Source of the DNA: Candidatus Fermentibacteraceae bacterium
Lineage (GTDB): Bacteria > Fermentibacterota > Fermentibacteria > Fermentibacterales > JCC-6
DNA length: 64,000 nt
Assembly (NCBI GenBank): GCA_046485185.1
Contig: JAWOHL010000089.1
Location: 3,553-67,552 of the forward strand
Reading direction: 5' to 3'
Under the pieces are notes generated by a model that had not been told where the DNA came from, made no database searches, and saw only the letters and a list, made by a program, of their open reading frames with translations. The position numbers were made by a program, and so were the translations under genes. Shown here piece after piece: positions 46,678 to 57,069 of the stretch (position 1 is its first letter; the number at the start of each line of letters is the position of its first letter).

Positions 46678-47085
46678 ATGGCAGGTCTACTGACAGTGAC
46701 TCTGATCTTTCTCCAGACGGCTCCCGGAAGTTTCGAGGGGATGAGCCGTCAGGTAGCCGCGTTGCTTGACGGCTGGGTGGCGTACGCTCCCTCCAGCCCC
46801 CATTCATCTTCGGCGGGCGCAATGTTCAAAATGGCATGCTCCCTTGTCAGGGCAGATTCTGCGCTTCGTAACACACTGGCCGAAGGCGGCGAACCAACCC
46901 GGGAGTTCTCGGATTGCATGAAAGCCGCTGCGGCATCCATTGACTGGTACAGGGGGTCTCTGGCCCTCTTCAACGGGGCGTCGACAGACCAGTGGCGAGC
47001 CCGCGGCGAAGGCCTGGTGAGAAGGCTTCACCTTCTGCAGGACAATGAACTTGAATACCTGGAGTCACTAGAGCTTCAGGGGTAA
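46678..47085 (+). CDS. Hypothetical protein (135 aa) immediately upstream of pdxS
   Basis: Its stop lies 3 nt before the pdxS start. There is no SD sequence, and a consensus-like promoter ends 7 nt upstream of the ATG. Confidence 0.45.
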   Translation: MAGLLTVTLIFLQTAPGSFEGMSRQVAALLDGWVAYAPSSPHSSSAGAMFKMACSLVRADSALRNTLAEGGEPTREFSDCMKAAAASIDWYRGSLALFNGASTDQWRARGEGLVRRLHLLQDNELEYLESLELQG

Positions 47086-47088
47086 GGA

Positions 47089-47988
47089 ATGGAAATGAGC
47101 TTCACGCGAGACGAAGGTGGCTGGGAGGTAAAGGCGGGGCACGCCGAAATGCTCAAGGGTGGAGTGATCATGGATGTGGTCACTGCCCGGCAGGCGGAGA
47201 TCGCCCAGGCCGCGGGCGCCGTGGCTGTGATGGCGCTTGAAAGGGTTCCCGCCGATATCAGGGTAGAGGGCGGCGTAGCCAGGATGTCCGACCCCGACAT
47301 GATCACAGCCATACAGAAGGCGGTAACCATTCCCGTGATGGCAAAGTGCCGGATCGGTCACTTCGTTGAAGCCCAGGTCCTTGAAGCGCTGGAGATCGAC
47401 TTCGTGGACGAATCCGAGGTGCTCACCCCCGCCGATGAGAAGCACCATGTGAACAAGCATTCCTTCAAGGTTCCCTTTGTCTGCGGCGCGGTGAACCTGG
47501 GCGAGGCCCTCAGGCGCATCGGCGAGGGTGCCGCCATGATCAGGACCAAGGGCGAGGCCGGCACCGGTAATGTAATCGAGGCCGTCCGGCACGCCAGACA
47601 GGTTCTGGGCGACATCAGGCGGATCCATACCATGAGGGAGGAGGAGCTCATGTCCGAAGCCAAGACCATGGGCGCCCCCTACGACCTGGTCAGGTTCGTG
47701 CACCTGCACGGCAAACTCCCTGTGGTGAACTTCGCCGCGGGCGGCATTGCCACTCCCGCCGACGCCGCCCTCATGATGCAGCTTGGCATGGACGGCGTGT
47801 TCGTTGGCAGCGGGATATTCAAGAGCGGGAATCCCGAAAAGCGCGCCCGGGCAATTGTGGAAGCCGTGAGCCGCTTCGATCAACCCGGTATAATCGCAGA
47901 GGTTTCCCGAGGGCTTGGGGAAGCCATGGTCGGGATAAACATAAACACACTTTCCGAAGATGATCGTCTGGCCAACAGGGGCTGGTAA
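47089..47988 (+). CDS. pdxS: Pyridoxal 5'-phosphate synthase, lyase subunit
   Basis: GGVIMDVV...[23 protein letters not shown] and KGEAGTGNV motifs. Confidence 0.95.
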   Translation: MEMSFTRDEGGWEVKAGHAEMLKGGVIMDVVTARQAEIAQAAGAVAVMALERVPADIRVEGGVARMSDPDMITAIQKAVTIPVMAKCRIGHFVEAQVLEALEIDFVDESEVLTPADEKHHVNKHSFKVPFVCGAVNLGEALRRIGEGAAMIRTKGEAGTGNVIEAVRHARQVLGDIRRIHTMREEELMSEAKTMGAPYDLVRFVHLHGKLPVVNFAAGGIATPADAALMMQLGMDGVFVGSGIFKSGNPEKRARAIVEAVSRFDQPGIIAEVSRGLGEAMVGININTLSEDDRLANRGW

Positions 47989-48578
47989 TGGCTGCAGTGG
48001 GGGTACTGGCCCTGCAGGGCGGTGTTTCGGAGCACTGTGCCATGCTTTCATCCCTTGGGCACCGGGTTGTTCAAATACGAGAACCAGGCGGGCTGGCCGG
48101 GGTCTCTGCCCTGGTGATCCCGGGAGGCGAGTCAACGGCAATGCTACTGCTTCTGAAGAGGTGGCAGCTCTTCGAACCGATTGGCAGCGCGATCAGGATG
48201 GGTCTCCCCGTACTTGGGACATGCGCCGGCGCAGTTCTTCTGTCCCGGGAAGTAACTGAGCGCGAACACCTGATCGACCAGGAAAGCCTTGGCGCCGCCG
48301 ATGTCCGCGCCGAGAGGAACAGCTTCGGAAGACAGGTCTCAAGCTTCAGGCAGGACGTTTCGATCACCGGCCTCGAAACCCCTTTCCCGGGGGTTTTCAT
48401 AAGGGCTCCCCTTCTGCATCCTCTGGCTCCCTGCGCCATCGTTCTCGCTTCGGTAAACGAGGGCGCCGTTTTCATCAGGCAGGGTAGCGTCTGGCTTTCG
48501 AGCTTTCACCCCGAACTGACGCATGACGACAGGGTACACCGCATGTTCCTTGAGGGATCGGGTATTGCCGGGTCTTAA
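47988..48578 (+). CDS. pdxT: Pyridoxal 5'-phosphate synthase, glutaminase subunit
   Basis: VGVLALQGG, GTCAG (nucleophile Cys), and FHPE motifs. Overlaps the pdxS stop. Confidence 0.9.
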   Translation: MAAVGVLALQGGVSEHCAMLSSLGHRVVQIREPGGLAGVSALVIPGGESTAMLLLLKRWQLFEPIGSAIRMGLPVLGTCAGAVLLSREVTEREHLIDQESLGAADVRAERNSFGRQVSSFRQDVSITGLETPFPGVFIRAPLLHPLAPCAIVLASVNEGAVFIRQGSVWLSSFHPELTHDDRVHRMFLEGSGIAGS

Positions 48579-49500
48579 ACCCGAACCCCCGATCTGCGGC
48601 GAGTGCTTCGAAAGGGGCTTCACGGGTTTCCTTGCCCGGGCGGGACTGCCCCTGGAATCGCTGGACCTTTATCTCCCTGAGATCATCGATGCCCTTGAAG
48701 CGGGAACTCCGCCTCCGCTGGCGGGAGCGGTAGCCTGGCGGAAACTCCGTGAGGCATCGGGCATTCCGGATATCTTCGGGACTGAGAAGAGGTTCTTCAC
48801 CATGAGCCTTCTCGCGAGCCTCCCCGACTTGAGGGAAATGCTGGGGGCAACGCCCCGACCTGTCATGGGCGCCCTTTCCGCAGCCACATGGTGCAACCTG
48901 CTCGACTCGGCTCAAGGATACAGCCTCCCGGATCCCGCCGTGCTGGCCGGCATGTTTCAAAACGCCCTGGCGGTTGACGAAAGGGAGGCGTTCCTTCAAG
49001 CGCTTTCGGTCTCTTCCACGCTGCTCATACTGGGAGACAATGCGGGGGAGACCGTAATGGACAGGCTGTTCCTTGAGCATTCGGGCTTCACTGGAAACGT
49101 GTTCTACATGGTAAGACCGCTCCCGGTCATGAACGACGCCACCCGGGAGGACGCCGCAATGGCCGGTCTCGATCACTGCTCACGAATACTGGACAGCGGC
49201 AGCGATGTGCCTTCGATCATTCCGGAACTGCTTTCCCCGGAGGCGGCCCGGGTTTTCAGGGCCTGCGACCTTGTGCTGGCCAAGGGCCAGGGTAACCTCG
49301 AGGGCCTCTGGGGTGCTCGTGACCCGAGGCTGTTTCACTCATTTGTCGTGAAGTGCCCGGTCGTTGCCAGGGCAACGGGGCTTCCCGAGGGCAGTGGAGT
49401 TTTCGTATCATCGATGAGACTGGAGGATAGACAATGCCCATATACGAGTACTTCTGCAAACCGTGCAACACCATCTACCAGTTCCTTATCAAAAGGGTGA
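48565..49500 (+). CDS. DUF89 (ARMT1-like damage-control phosphatase) family protein
   Basis: ILGDNAGETVMD and AKGQGNLEG motifs. The start is uncertain: TTG at 48565 with a GAGGGA RBS, while the maximal ORF starts at 48523. Confidence 0.7.
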   Translation: MPGLKPEPPICGECFERGFTGFLARAGLPLESLDLYLPEIIDALEAGTPPPLAGAVAWRKLREASGIPDIFGTEKRFFTMSLLASLPDLREMLGATPRPVMGALSAATWCNLLDSAQGYSLPDPAVLAGMFQNALAVDEREAFLQALSVSSTLLILGDNAGETVMDRLFLEHSGFTGNVFYMVRPLPVMNDATREDAAMAGLDHCSRILDSGSDVPSIIPELLSPEAARVFRACDLVLAKGQGNLEGLWGARDPRLFHSFVVKCPVVARATGLPEGSGVFVSSMRLEDRQCPYTSTSANRATPSTSSLSKG

Positions 49501-49862
49501 CCCCCGAGACATCGCCGGTCTGCCCAAGGTGCGGGGCGAACGAACTTGAACGGGTCATGAGCCGGTTCAGCACCCCAAGCACCAGGTCCGGAACGGATGA
49601 CATGGACGATATGGCCGGTGAACTGGCAGGACTGGATGAAAACGACCCCAAAGCCATGGCCCGGGCCGTCCGGAAAATGGCCGACCAGATGGGGGAAGAC
49701 CTCGGCCCTGAACTGGAACATGCCCTGGGGCGTCTGGAAGCCGGCGAGGATCCTGAGAGAATCGAGCAGGAACTGGAGGCCATGGGTTTCGGAGGTGACG
49801 ACGGACCGGGCGGGGTCGCCGGAGGTTCGCCCACACGGGACTCCGGGCTTTACGAAGCCTGA
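49434..49862 (+). CDS. FmdB-family zinc-ribbon protein with a long acidic tail
   Basis: MPIYEYFCKPC...CPRCG (CxxC...CxxC). A GGAGG RBS is present. Confidence 0.8.
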   Translation: MPIYEYFCKPCNTIYQFLIKRVTPETSPVCPRCGANELERVMSRFSTPSTRSGTDDMDDMAGELAGLDENDPKAMARAVRKMADQMGEDLGPELEHALGRLEAGEDPERIEQELEAMGFGGDDGPGGVAGGSPTRDSGLYEA

Positions 49863-51355
49863 CCCAGGCACCCCTGCCGGATCATTTCAGCCACCGCCTC
49901 GATGTCAGCCACGAAACGCCGGTCGGAATCCAGCGATTCGAAGACCATCTCAACAACCCTCATGGTTTCGGTGTTTCCCGAACCCATTGCCCCCCTTTCG
50001 AGGAATCGGTGAGCCTGGACGCCGCACACAAGCTCAGTGGCCAGTACGTGGGTCGAGTTCCTGACCATCTCCGCGCAGTGGCGGGCAGCCGTGGCCCCCA
50101 TGGATACATGATCCTCCTGGTTGCCGCTGACGGGAATGCTGTCAACGCACGAGGGGTGGGACAGGATTTTGTTCTCGCTCACCAGTGACGCCGCGGTGTA
50201 CTGGGCGATCATCAGCCCCGAGTTCATGCCCGGATCACGGGCGAGAAAGGCCGGCAGCCCGGAAAGGTCAGGGTTCAGGAGCCTCTCGATCCTTCGTTCA
50301 GAGATGTTGCCAAGAACGGCCGCAACGGTTTTCAGGTGATCCGCCGCCATGGACAGGGGCTGGCCGTGAAAATTCCCGCCGCTGACCATCCGGCCGTCTT
50401 CCATGAGAAGCGGGTTGTCGGTTACCGAAAGAAGCTCGAGCCTCACCACCGATTCGATGTACGACAGAGCGTCGCGGCATGCGCCGTGCACCTGGGGCGT
50501 GCACCTGAGGGAGTAGGCGTCCTGTACCCTCTCGCAGTTCCGGTGGCTCTGAAGGATCTCGGAGCCCCGGAGTAACTGTCTGATGCGCCTGCCCGACTCA
50601 ATGGCCCCCGGGTGCGGACGAAGCGAAAGCAGTTCGTGTTCGAGGGCGGCATCGGTACCCAGGAGCGCTTCGAGGGTCAGCGCAGCGGCGCAGTCTGCTG
50701 AGTCCATCAGTGCCCGCGCCTCGATCAGTGCAATGGAGAGAAGAGCTGTCATGAATTGAGTGCCGTTTATGAGCGAGAGCCCCTCTTTCGCAGCGAGAGC
50801 CACCGGCTTCATACCGAGCAGCTCAAGTGCTTCAGCGCCCGTAACAACTTCACCGGTATCGGTCACGCACTCACCCTCACCAATGAGTGGAAGGCACATG
50901 TGGGAGAGGGGCGCGAGATCGCCCGAAGCTCCCAGGGAGCCACGGGAGGGTACAGCGGGATAAACCGGCCCGTTGGCCAGTCTGACCAGGTTCTCGACCA
51001 CGCATGGCCTGATACCGCTTCTTCCCCTGGCAAGGGATGCGACCCTGAGAAAAACCATCACCCTGACCTGTTCCCTGGAAAGGAGGGGACCGGTACCGCA
51101 GGAGTGGCTCAAAAGCAGGTTGCGCTGAAGGCCGGACAGTTCGTCGCCCTCCACCACCTTCGTGGCCAGCCTGCCGAAACCTGTGTTCACACCGTAGATC
51201 GCGCGTCCGGATCCAAGCAGGGCCTCAATGGCACTCCGGCCATGCTCGAGAGCGTGGACAGCCGAAGGGGAGAGCTCGAAGGGTGCTCCTCCCGCAACCC
51301 TGGCCACTCCCTCCAGATCGGCTCCGGAATCGGTTACTGAAACGGGTTCATTCAT
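49850..51355 (-). CDS. hutH: Histidine/aromatic amino acid ammonia-lyase family (MIO cofactor)
   Basis: GSLGASGDLAPLSH (the ASG triad forms MIO). The ATG at 51355 has a GGAGG RBS 6 nt upstream. The maximal ORF to 51508 is rejected. Confidence 0.8.
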   Translation of the reverse strand: MNEPVSVTDSGADLEGVARVAGGAPFELSPSAVHALEHGRSAIEALLGSGRAIYGVNTGFGRLATKVVEGDELSGLQRNLLLSHSCGTGPLLSREQVRVMVFLRVASLARGRSGIRPCVVENLVRLANGPVYPAVPSRGSLGASGDLAPLSHMCLPLIGEGECVTDTGEVVTGAEALELLGMKPVALAAKEGLSLINGTQFMTALLSIALIEARALMDSADCAAALTLEALLGTDAALEHELLSLRPHPGAIESGRRIRQLLRGSEILQSHRNCERVQDAYSLRCTPQVHGACRDALSYIESVVRLELLSVTDNPLLMEDGRMVSGGNFHGQPLSMAADHLKTVAAVLGNISERRIERLLNPDLSGLPAFLARDPGMNSGLMIAQYTAASLVSENKILSHPSCVDSIPVSGNQEDHVSMGATAARHCAEMVRNSTHVLATELVCGVQAHRFLERGAMGSGNTETMRVVEMVFESLDSDRRFVADIEAVAEMIRQGCLGQAS

Positions 51356-51547
51356 GAAAAGCCTCCGGGCTGTTTGTGACTGCGACTGTCGGGGAAATAT
51401 ACAAGAACGCCCGGAATCCATTTCCGTGCCAAAGTGACACGGGCGAAGGCAGCCCCATCCCCCATCGTTGACCTCCCGAAGCGGCCCATGATGTCTTAGC
51501 ATTGCCAATCAAGAACTTATGGAAAGGAAAGCGTGGCAGAAAACAAC

Positions 51548-51563
51548 TGGCATCATCATTGCT
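51548..51563 (+). promoter_or_regulatory. Candidate sigma54 (-24/-12) promoter upstream of groES
   Basis: cTGGCAT-CATCA-TTGCT. The GG and GC doublets have the consensus spacing. It lies 82 nt upstream of the groES ATG. Confidence 0.4.
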
Positions 51564-51644
51564 TATTAATGTTTCATAACGAAGCGGGGCATTGGCTCCG
51601 CGGGTTATGGAAAATCATCACATTCCGCGAAAGGAGAATGAAAG

Positions 51645-51944
51645 ATGGCAGACATGAAGGTGCGTCCTCTTTTCGACAGGGTCCTCGTCCTTCGGGAAGA
51701 GCCGGTCGAAACGGTAAAGGGTGGCATAGTTCTTCCGGACACCGCCAAGGAGAAGCCCCTCGAGGGAACGGTCAAGGCCGTGGGCAAGGGCAAGCGCAAC
51801 GATTCCGGCGAGTTCATCGAGCCGGTGGTCAAGGTGAACGACAGGATCCTCATCGGTAAATACACCGGCACCGAAGTTAAGATCGACGGTGAAGAGTTCG
51901 TGATCGTCCGGGAAGAAGACATCCTGGCCGTCCTCGACAAGTAA
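51645..51944 (+). CDS. groES: Co-chaperonin GroES
   Basis: [10 protein letters not shown] ... [13 protein letters not shown] mobile loop. AAAGGAGAA RBS. Confidence 0.95.
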   Translation: MADMKVRPLFDRVLVLREEPVETVKGGIVLPDTAKEKPLEGTVKAVGKGKRNDSGEFIEPVVKVNDRILIGKYTGTEVKIDGEEFVIVREEDILAVLDK

Positions 51945-53591
<1,647 letters not shown>

Positions 53592-53611
53592 ACCCAGCCG
53601 GGGTTGGAAGA

Positions 53612-53639
53612 CCCGGGGCCGCAGGCCCCGGGTTTTCTT
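53612..53639 (+). terminator. Rho-independent terminator after groEL
   Basis: CCCGGGGCC-GCA-GGCCCCGGG followed by TTTTCTT. Confidence 0.8.
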
Positions 53640-53672
53640 ATGTTCGGGTATTCCGCAACCCAGGAGCACTAC

Positions 53673-54461
53673 ATGGACATGACAAATTTCTGGCCCGCTT
53701 TCGGGATGGTTACGTTTGCCGGCCTCGCAACGGGGATCGGAAGCCTCATCTCCTTTCTCTCAAAACACACAAGCGCCCGCTTCCTTGCCGCAGCCCTCGG
53801 CTTCAGCGCCGGTGTCATGGTCTACATCAGCTTCATGGAGATCCTTCCGGGGGCCCGGGATTCGTTCGCGGCTGCGGGCAACTCATACAGCGCCGCCGAC
53901 TTCCGGATGGTCGCAGGGTTCTTCGCAGGCATCGCGATCATGGCCGTCATCGACCTCATGGTCCCAAAATTCGAGAATCCCCACGAGGTCCACAGCCCGG
54001 TCTGCGGCAAAAACCTGCACAGGCTTGGGGTGTTCAGCGCGATCGCCATAGCTGTCCACAACTTCCCTGAAGGGCTCGCAACATTCGCCGTGGCCCTTCA
54101 GGAACCCAGGCTGGGGGTTGCGATAGCAGTGGCCATAGCCATACACAACGTTCCCGAGGGGATCGCCATAAGCGCCCCCATCTACTGCGCCACCGGAAGC
54201 AGAAGAAAGGCGTTCCGCTGGTCTTTTCTGTCCGGTCTCTCCGAACCCCTCGGGGCCCTTATCGGTTTCTTCTTCTTCCGGACCCTCTTCACCGAAGGAG
54301 TGCTGGGCTGGATGCTTTCGGGCGTGGCGGGCATCATGGTCTACATAAGCCTCGACGAGCTCCTTCCAACCGCCGAGGAGCACGGCGAGCACCACCTCTG
54401 CATAATCGGCCTTGTGGCCGGCATGGCGGTGATGGCAGGAAGCCTGCTTCTGTTGGATTGA
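53673..54461 (+). CDS. zupT: ZIP-family zinc transporter
   Basis: Polytopic protein with AIAVHNFPEGLA and IAIHNVPEGIA motifs. The start is placed at 53673 (AGGAG RBS) because the maximal ORF would run through the groEL terminator. Confidence 0.8.
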   Translation: MDMTNFWPAFGMVTFAGLATGIGSLISFLSKHTSARFLAAALGFSAGVMVYISFMEILPGARDSFAAAGNSYSAADFRMVAGFFAGIAIMAVIDLMVPKFENPHEVHSPVCGKNLHRLGVFSAIAIAVHNFPEGLATFAVALQEPRLGVAIAVAIAIHNVPEGIAISAPIYCATGSRRKAFRWSFLSGLSEPLGALIGFFFFRTLFTEGVLGWMLSGVAGIMVYISLDELLPTAEEHGEHHLCIIGLVAGMAVMAGSLLLLD

Positions 54462-54471
54462 GAGGTGCGCG

Positions 54472-55473
54472 ATGATCGCTCTGCTCCTTGCTCTTCTATC
54501 TACTTTCTCCATTGTCGCAAACGATCCTGAAACCGGTGAATGGGGCATAGCCGTGGCCTCGAAGGTTCCGTTCGTGGGCCAGATGGTTCCATGGGCGAAG
54601 GCGGGCGCTGGCGCGATAGCCACCCAGGCGTGGGCCAACCTCGGCTACGGTCCGGAGGGACTCAGGCTTCTTTCCGAAGGGATGTCCGCAGAGGAAGTGA
54701 TCCAGACCCTCACTTCCGGTGACTCCCTTGCGGACCAGCGGCAGATCGGTGTTGTCGATTCCCGGGGCAACCCGGCGTCATTCACCGGCACTGAAACCAT
54801 GTTCTGGGCCGGGGGGGTGACAGGTCAGGGCTATGCGATCCAGGGAAACATCCTCACCGGCCCCGAAGTCGTTGAAGCCATGGAGCGGTCCTTCCTGGCC
54901 ACCGACGGCGAGATCCTTGCCTACAGGCTTCTCGAAGCCCTGAAGGCGGGGGAAGATGCCGGGGGGGACAGCCGTGGCAGACAGTCCGCGGCGATCCTCG
55001 TGGTGAGGGAGAACGGGGGGCATCAGGGTTCCACCGACCTGCTGGTCGACATCCAGGTCTCCGACAACCCCGAGGCGGTGACAGAACTCCGAAGGCTTTA
55101 CTTCCGCTGGTGGGAGCCGCTGAACATGCTGGAACTCTACCAGGGTGAAAAAGCCGATGCGATCCTCTCCCGCATGGCATCCCAGGACTACGGGGAAGCC
55201 TGGATGAAGAACGCAGTGGCATGGTCCATGGCCATGGCAGACCTCGAGCTCGACCGTGCCCTGGAGATAGCCCTTGAAGCAAGCGCCTCCGAGCCGGAAG
55301 ACGCGAACATTATGGACACCGTGGCGGAGATCCTTTTCCGGCTCGATCGGATCGATGAAGCCGTCCAATGGGGCTCAAGGGCCCTGGAGTCCGACCCTGA
55401 CAACACCTACCTTCAGGGACAGCTCGACCGTTTCAGGGGCAACGCGGCAGGATCCCCTGAGCCCGGGCACTGA
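54472..55473 (+). CDS. DUF1028 (Ntn-hydrolase-like) protein with a C-terminal TPR region
   Basis: TFSIVANDPETGEWGIAVASK...AGAGAIATQ matches the DUF1028 N-terminus. TPR-like helices occupy the last ~100 aa. Confidence 0.7.
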   Translation: MIALLLALLSTFSIVANDPETGEWGIAVASKVPFVGQMVPWAKAGAGAIATQAWANLGYGPEGLRLLSEGMSAEEVIQTLTSGDSLADQRQIGVVDSRGNPASFTGTETMFWAGGVTGQGYAIQGNILTGPEVVEAMERSFLATDGEILAYRLLEALKAGEDAGGDSRGRQSAAILVVRENGGHQGSTDLLVDIQVSDNPEAVTELRRLYFRWWEPLNMLELYQGEKADAILSRMASQDYGEAWMKNAVAWSMAMADLELDRALEIALEASASEPEDANIMDTVAEILFRLDRIDEAVQWGSRALESDPDNTYLQGQLDRFRGNAAGSPEPGH

Positions 55474-55476
55474 TCA

Positions 55477-57069
55477 ATGAATGTGAGAAACCCGGCCCTT
55501 CCACTTCTTCTCATCCTGGGTCTGTTTCTCACGGCCTTTGCGCTTATGCTCCCTCCGGATTCATTCTGGTGCATGGACGAAGCCAATCGTTTCCTCCAGA
55601 CGCACGCGCTCACCCTGAACAGGGCAACCCTGCCCCCCGAGCTTCCGTATCCGGGCCGTGAACTGATCACAGACCCCGCGCTTCTGGAAAGGCTGCGCCC
55701 CCTCCCGGCACAGTACGGCTTCATGAGGGAAGGCAGGCTCTACAGCCAGTACACCCCCATTCTGGCTGTAATCGCCTTGCCATTCTACATGCTCTTCGGG
55801 CCGTTCGGCATTTACATCCCGCCCCTTGCGGGGGGGCTGGCTCTCGCCCTTGTTCTGGCAGGAGTGCTGCGCTCCCGGGGGGTATCCAGCAGGACCAGCC
55901 TGCTCCTGGCTATTCTTGCCACACCGATCCCATTCTACAGCCTGACGTTCTTCTCCCATTCCATAGCGCTCTTCCTCACCCTCGAAAGTATGCTTCTGCT
56001 GCGCAGGGGCCGGATCATCCCCGCTTTCATCTTAGCAGCGATGGCGGTCTTCATGAGGATCGAGATGGTCTTCGCGTTACCTTTGCTGCTGCAGCAAACC
56101 GGAAAACCCAAGATCAGGAAAATGGTTCTGGCGGCGGTTCTCTCCATGGCCCTCTTCCTGATCCTGCAGAAAGTGTTCACAGGTTCCTGGCTGGGAACTC
56201 ACCTTGTTTCAAGCGGCACACAGAGCGCAATCTACGGCTCTTCCGGCACATGGCTCGAAAACAGGCTGACGATCATCCGCAGGGCATTCATCAACGCCAT
56301 GCCCGGCTTCGGCGTCGATGGATTGATAGTCGGGCTTGTCATATGGGGTCTTTGGGGCTATTCCCGGATAAGGGAAGGTACGCGTTCCGGAAACGCTGCC
56401 GTGTACGCAGGACTTCTGCTGACGCTCGTGCCCATTGCCGCCCTTTTCATAAGGGGGCTTCGATCCACCGACACCATGGATGTTCAAAACCCGCTCCTGG
56501 CATTTCCACTGCTCTGGTTGGCGGCACCTGGCAGAAAACTGCTGGGGGCTGCAGCTGTCCTGACGGCCGCGATGGTTTTCTCGATGAGCCCAATGCACAC
56601 CGAGGATGTAGCCTGGGGTTTCCGGCACGGAATGCTTTTCTGCTTCGTGCTGTGCCTGACACTCTCGCCACGCATGCAGAAAGGGCTTGTGCGATCAGTT
56701 GTTGTCGTCGGAACCCTTGCAACCCTGACGTCACTCTCGCTTCTCGCAGCCAAGCGGATACGGGGAGCGGAGCTGACCGGTATGGTGGAGTCCGGGGGGG
56801 GACCCGTCATCACCACTTCGTGGGAGCAGCCACAGGAGTTCTCCCCCCTCATGGCTGACGGCACCCCTGTTCTGCACGCATCAACAACCCACGACCTTTT
56901 CTCGGCACTGCTCATCTTCGGCAGCAGCGAACCTCTTGTCATCGTCAGAAGGGAAAGCATAGGGCTTCTCTTCACCGTCCTTGAAGCGGCGGACATGAGG
57001 TATGACCCGCTTGGCACAGGTCCTTCGCAGGACCCCGTTACCGATGTCGTGGTGTTCCGATGCCGGTGA
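55477..57069 (+). CDS. GT-C-fold membrane glycosyltransferase-like protein
   Basis: At least 10 TM segments, a first-loop acidic motif (FWCMDEANRF), and a soluble C-terminal ~90 aa. Assignment is by architecture. Confidence 0.45.
   Translation: MNVRNPALPLLLILGLFLTAFALMLPPDSFWCMDEANRFLQTHALTLNRATLPPELPYPGRELITDPALLERLRPLPAQYGFMREGRLYSQYTPILAVIALPFYMLFGPFGIYIPPLAGGLALALVLAGVLRSRGVSSRTSLLLAILATPIPFYSLTFFSHSIALFLTLESMLLLRRGRIIPAFILAAMAVFMRIEMVFALPLLLQQTGKPKIRKMVLAAVLSMALFLILQKVFTGSWLGTHLVSSGTQSAIYGSSGTWLENRLTIIRRAFINAMPGFGVDGLIVGLVIWGLWGYSRIREGTRSGNAAVYAGLLLTLVPIAALFIRGLRSTDTMDVQNPLLAFPLLWLAAPGRKLLGAAAVLTAAMVFSMSPMHTEDVAWGFRHGMLFCFVLCLTLSPRMQKGLVRSVVVVGTLATLTSLSLLAAKRIRGAELTGMVESGGGPVITTSWEQPQEFSPLMADGTPVLHASTTHDLFSALLIFGSSEPLVIVRRESIGLLFTVLEAADMRYDPLGTGPSQDPVTDVVVFRCR

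Noticed and set aside
51356-51644. Looked for a CIRCE (HrcA) operator or a sigma32 promoter upstream of groES.
   Set aside because: There is no TTAGCACTC-N9-GAGTGCTAA-like inverted repeat; only an isolated CTTAGCA at about 51495. I saw no convincing CTTGAAA/CCCCATnT pair.
53604-53672. Maximal zupT ORF starting at 53604.
   Set aside because: That extension would run through the strong groEL terminator hairpin (53612-53639). ATG 53673 has an AGGAG RBS and gives the expected ZupT N-terminus.
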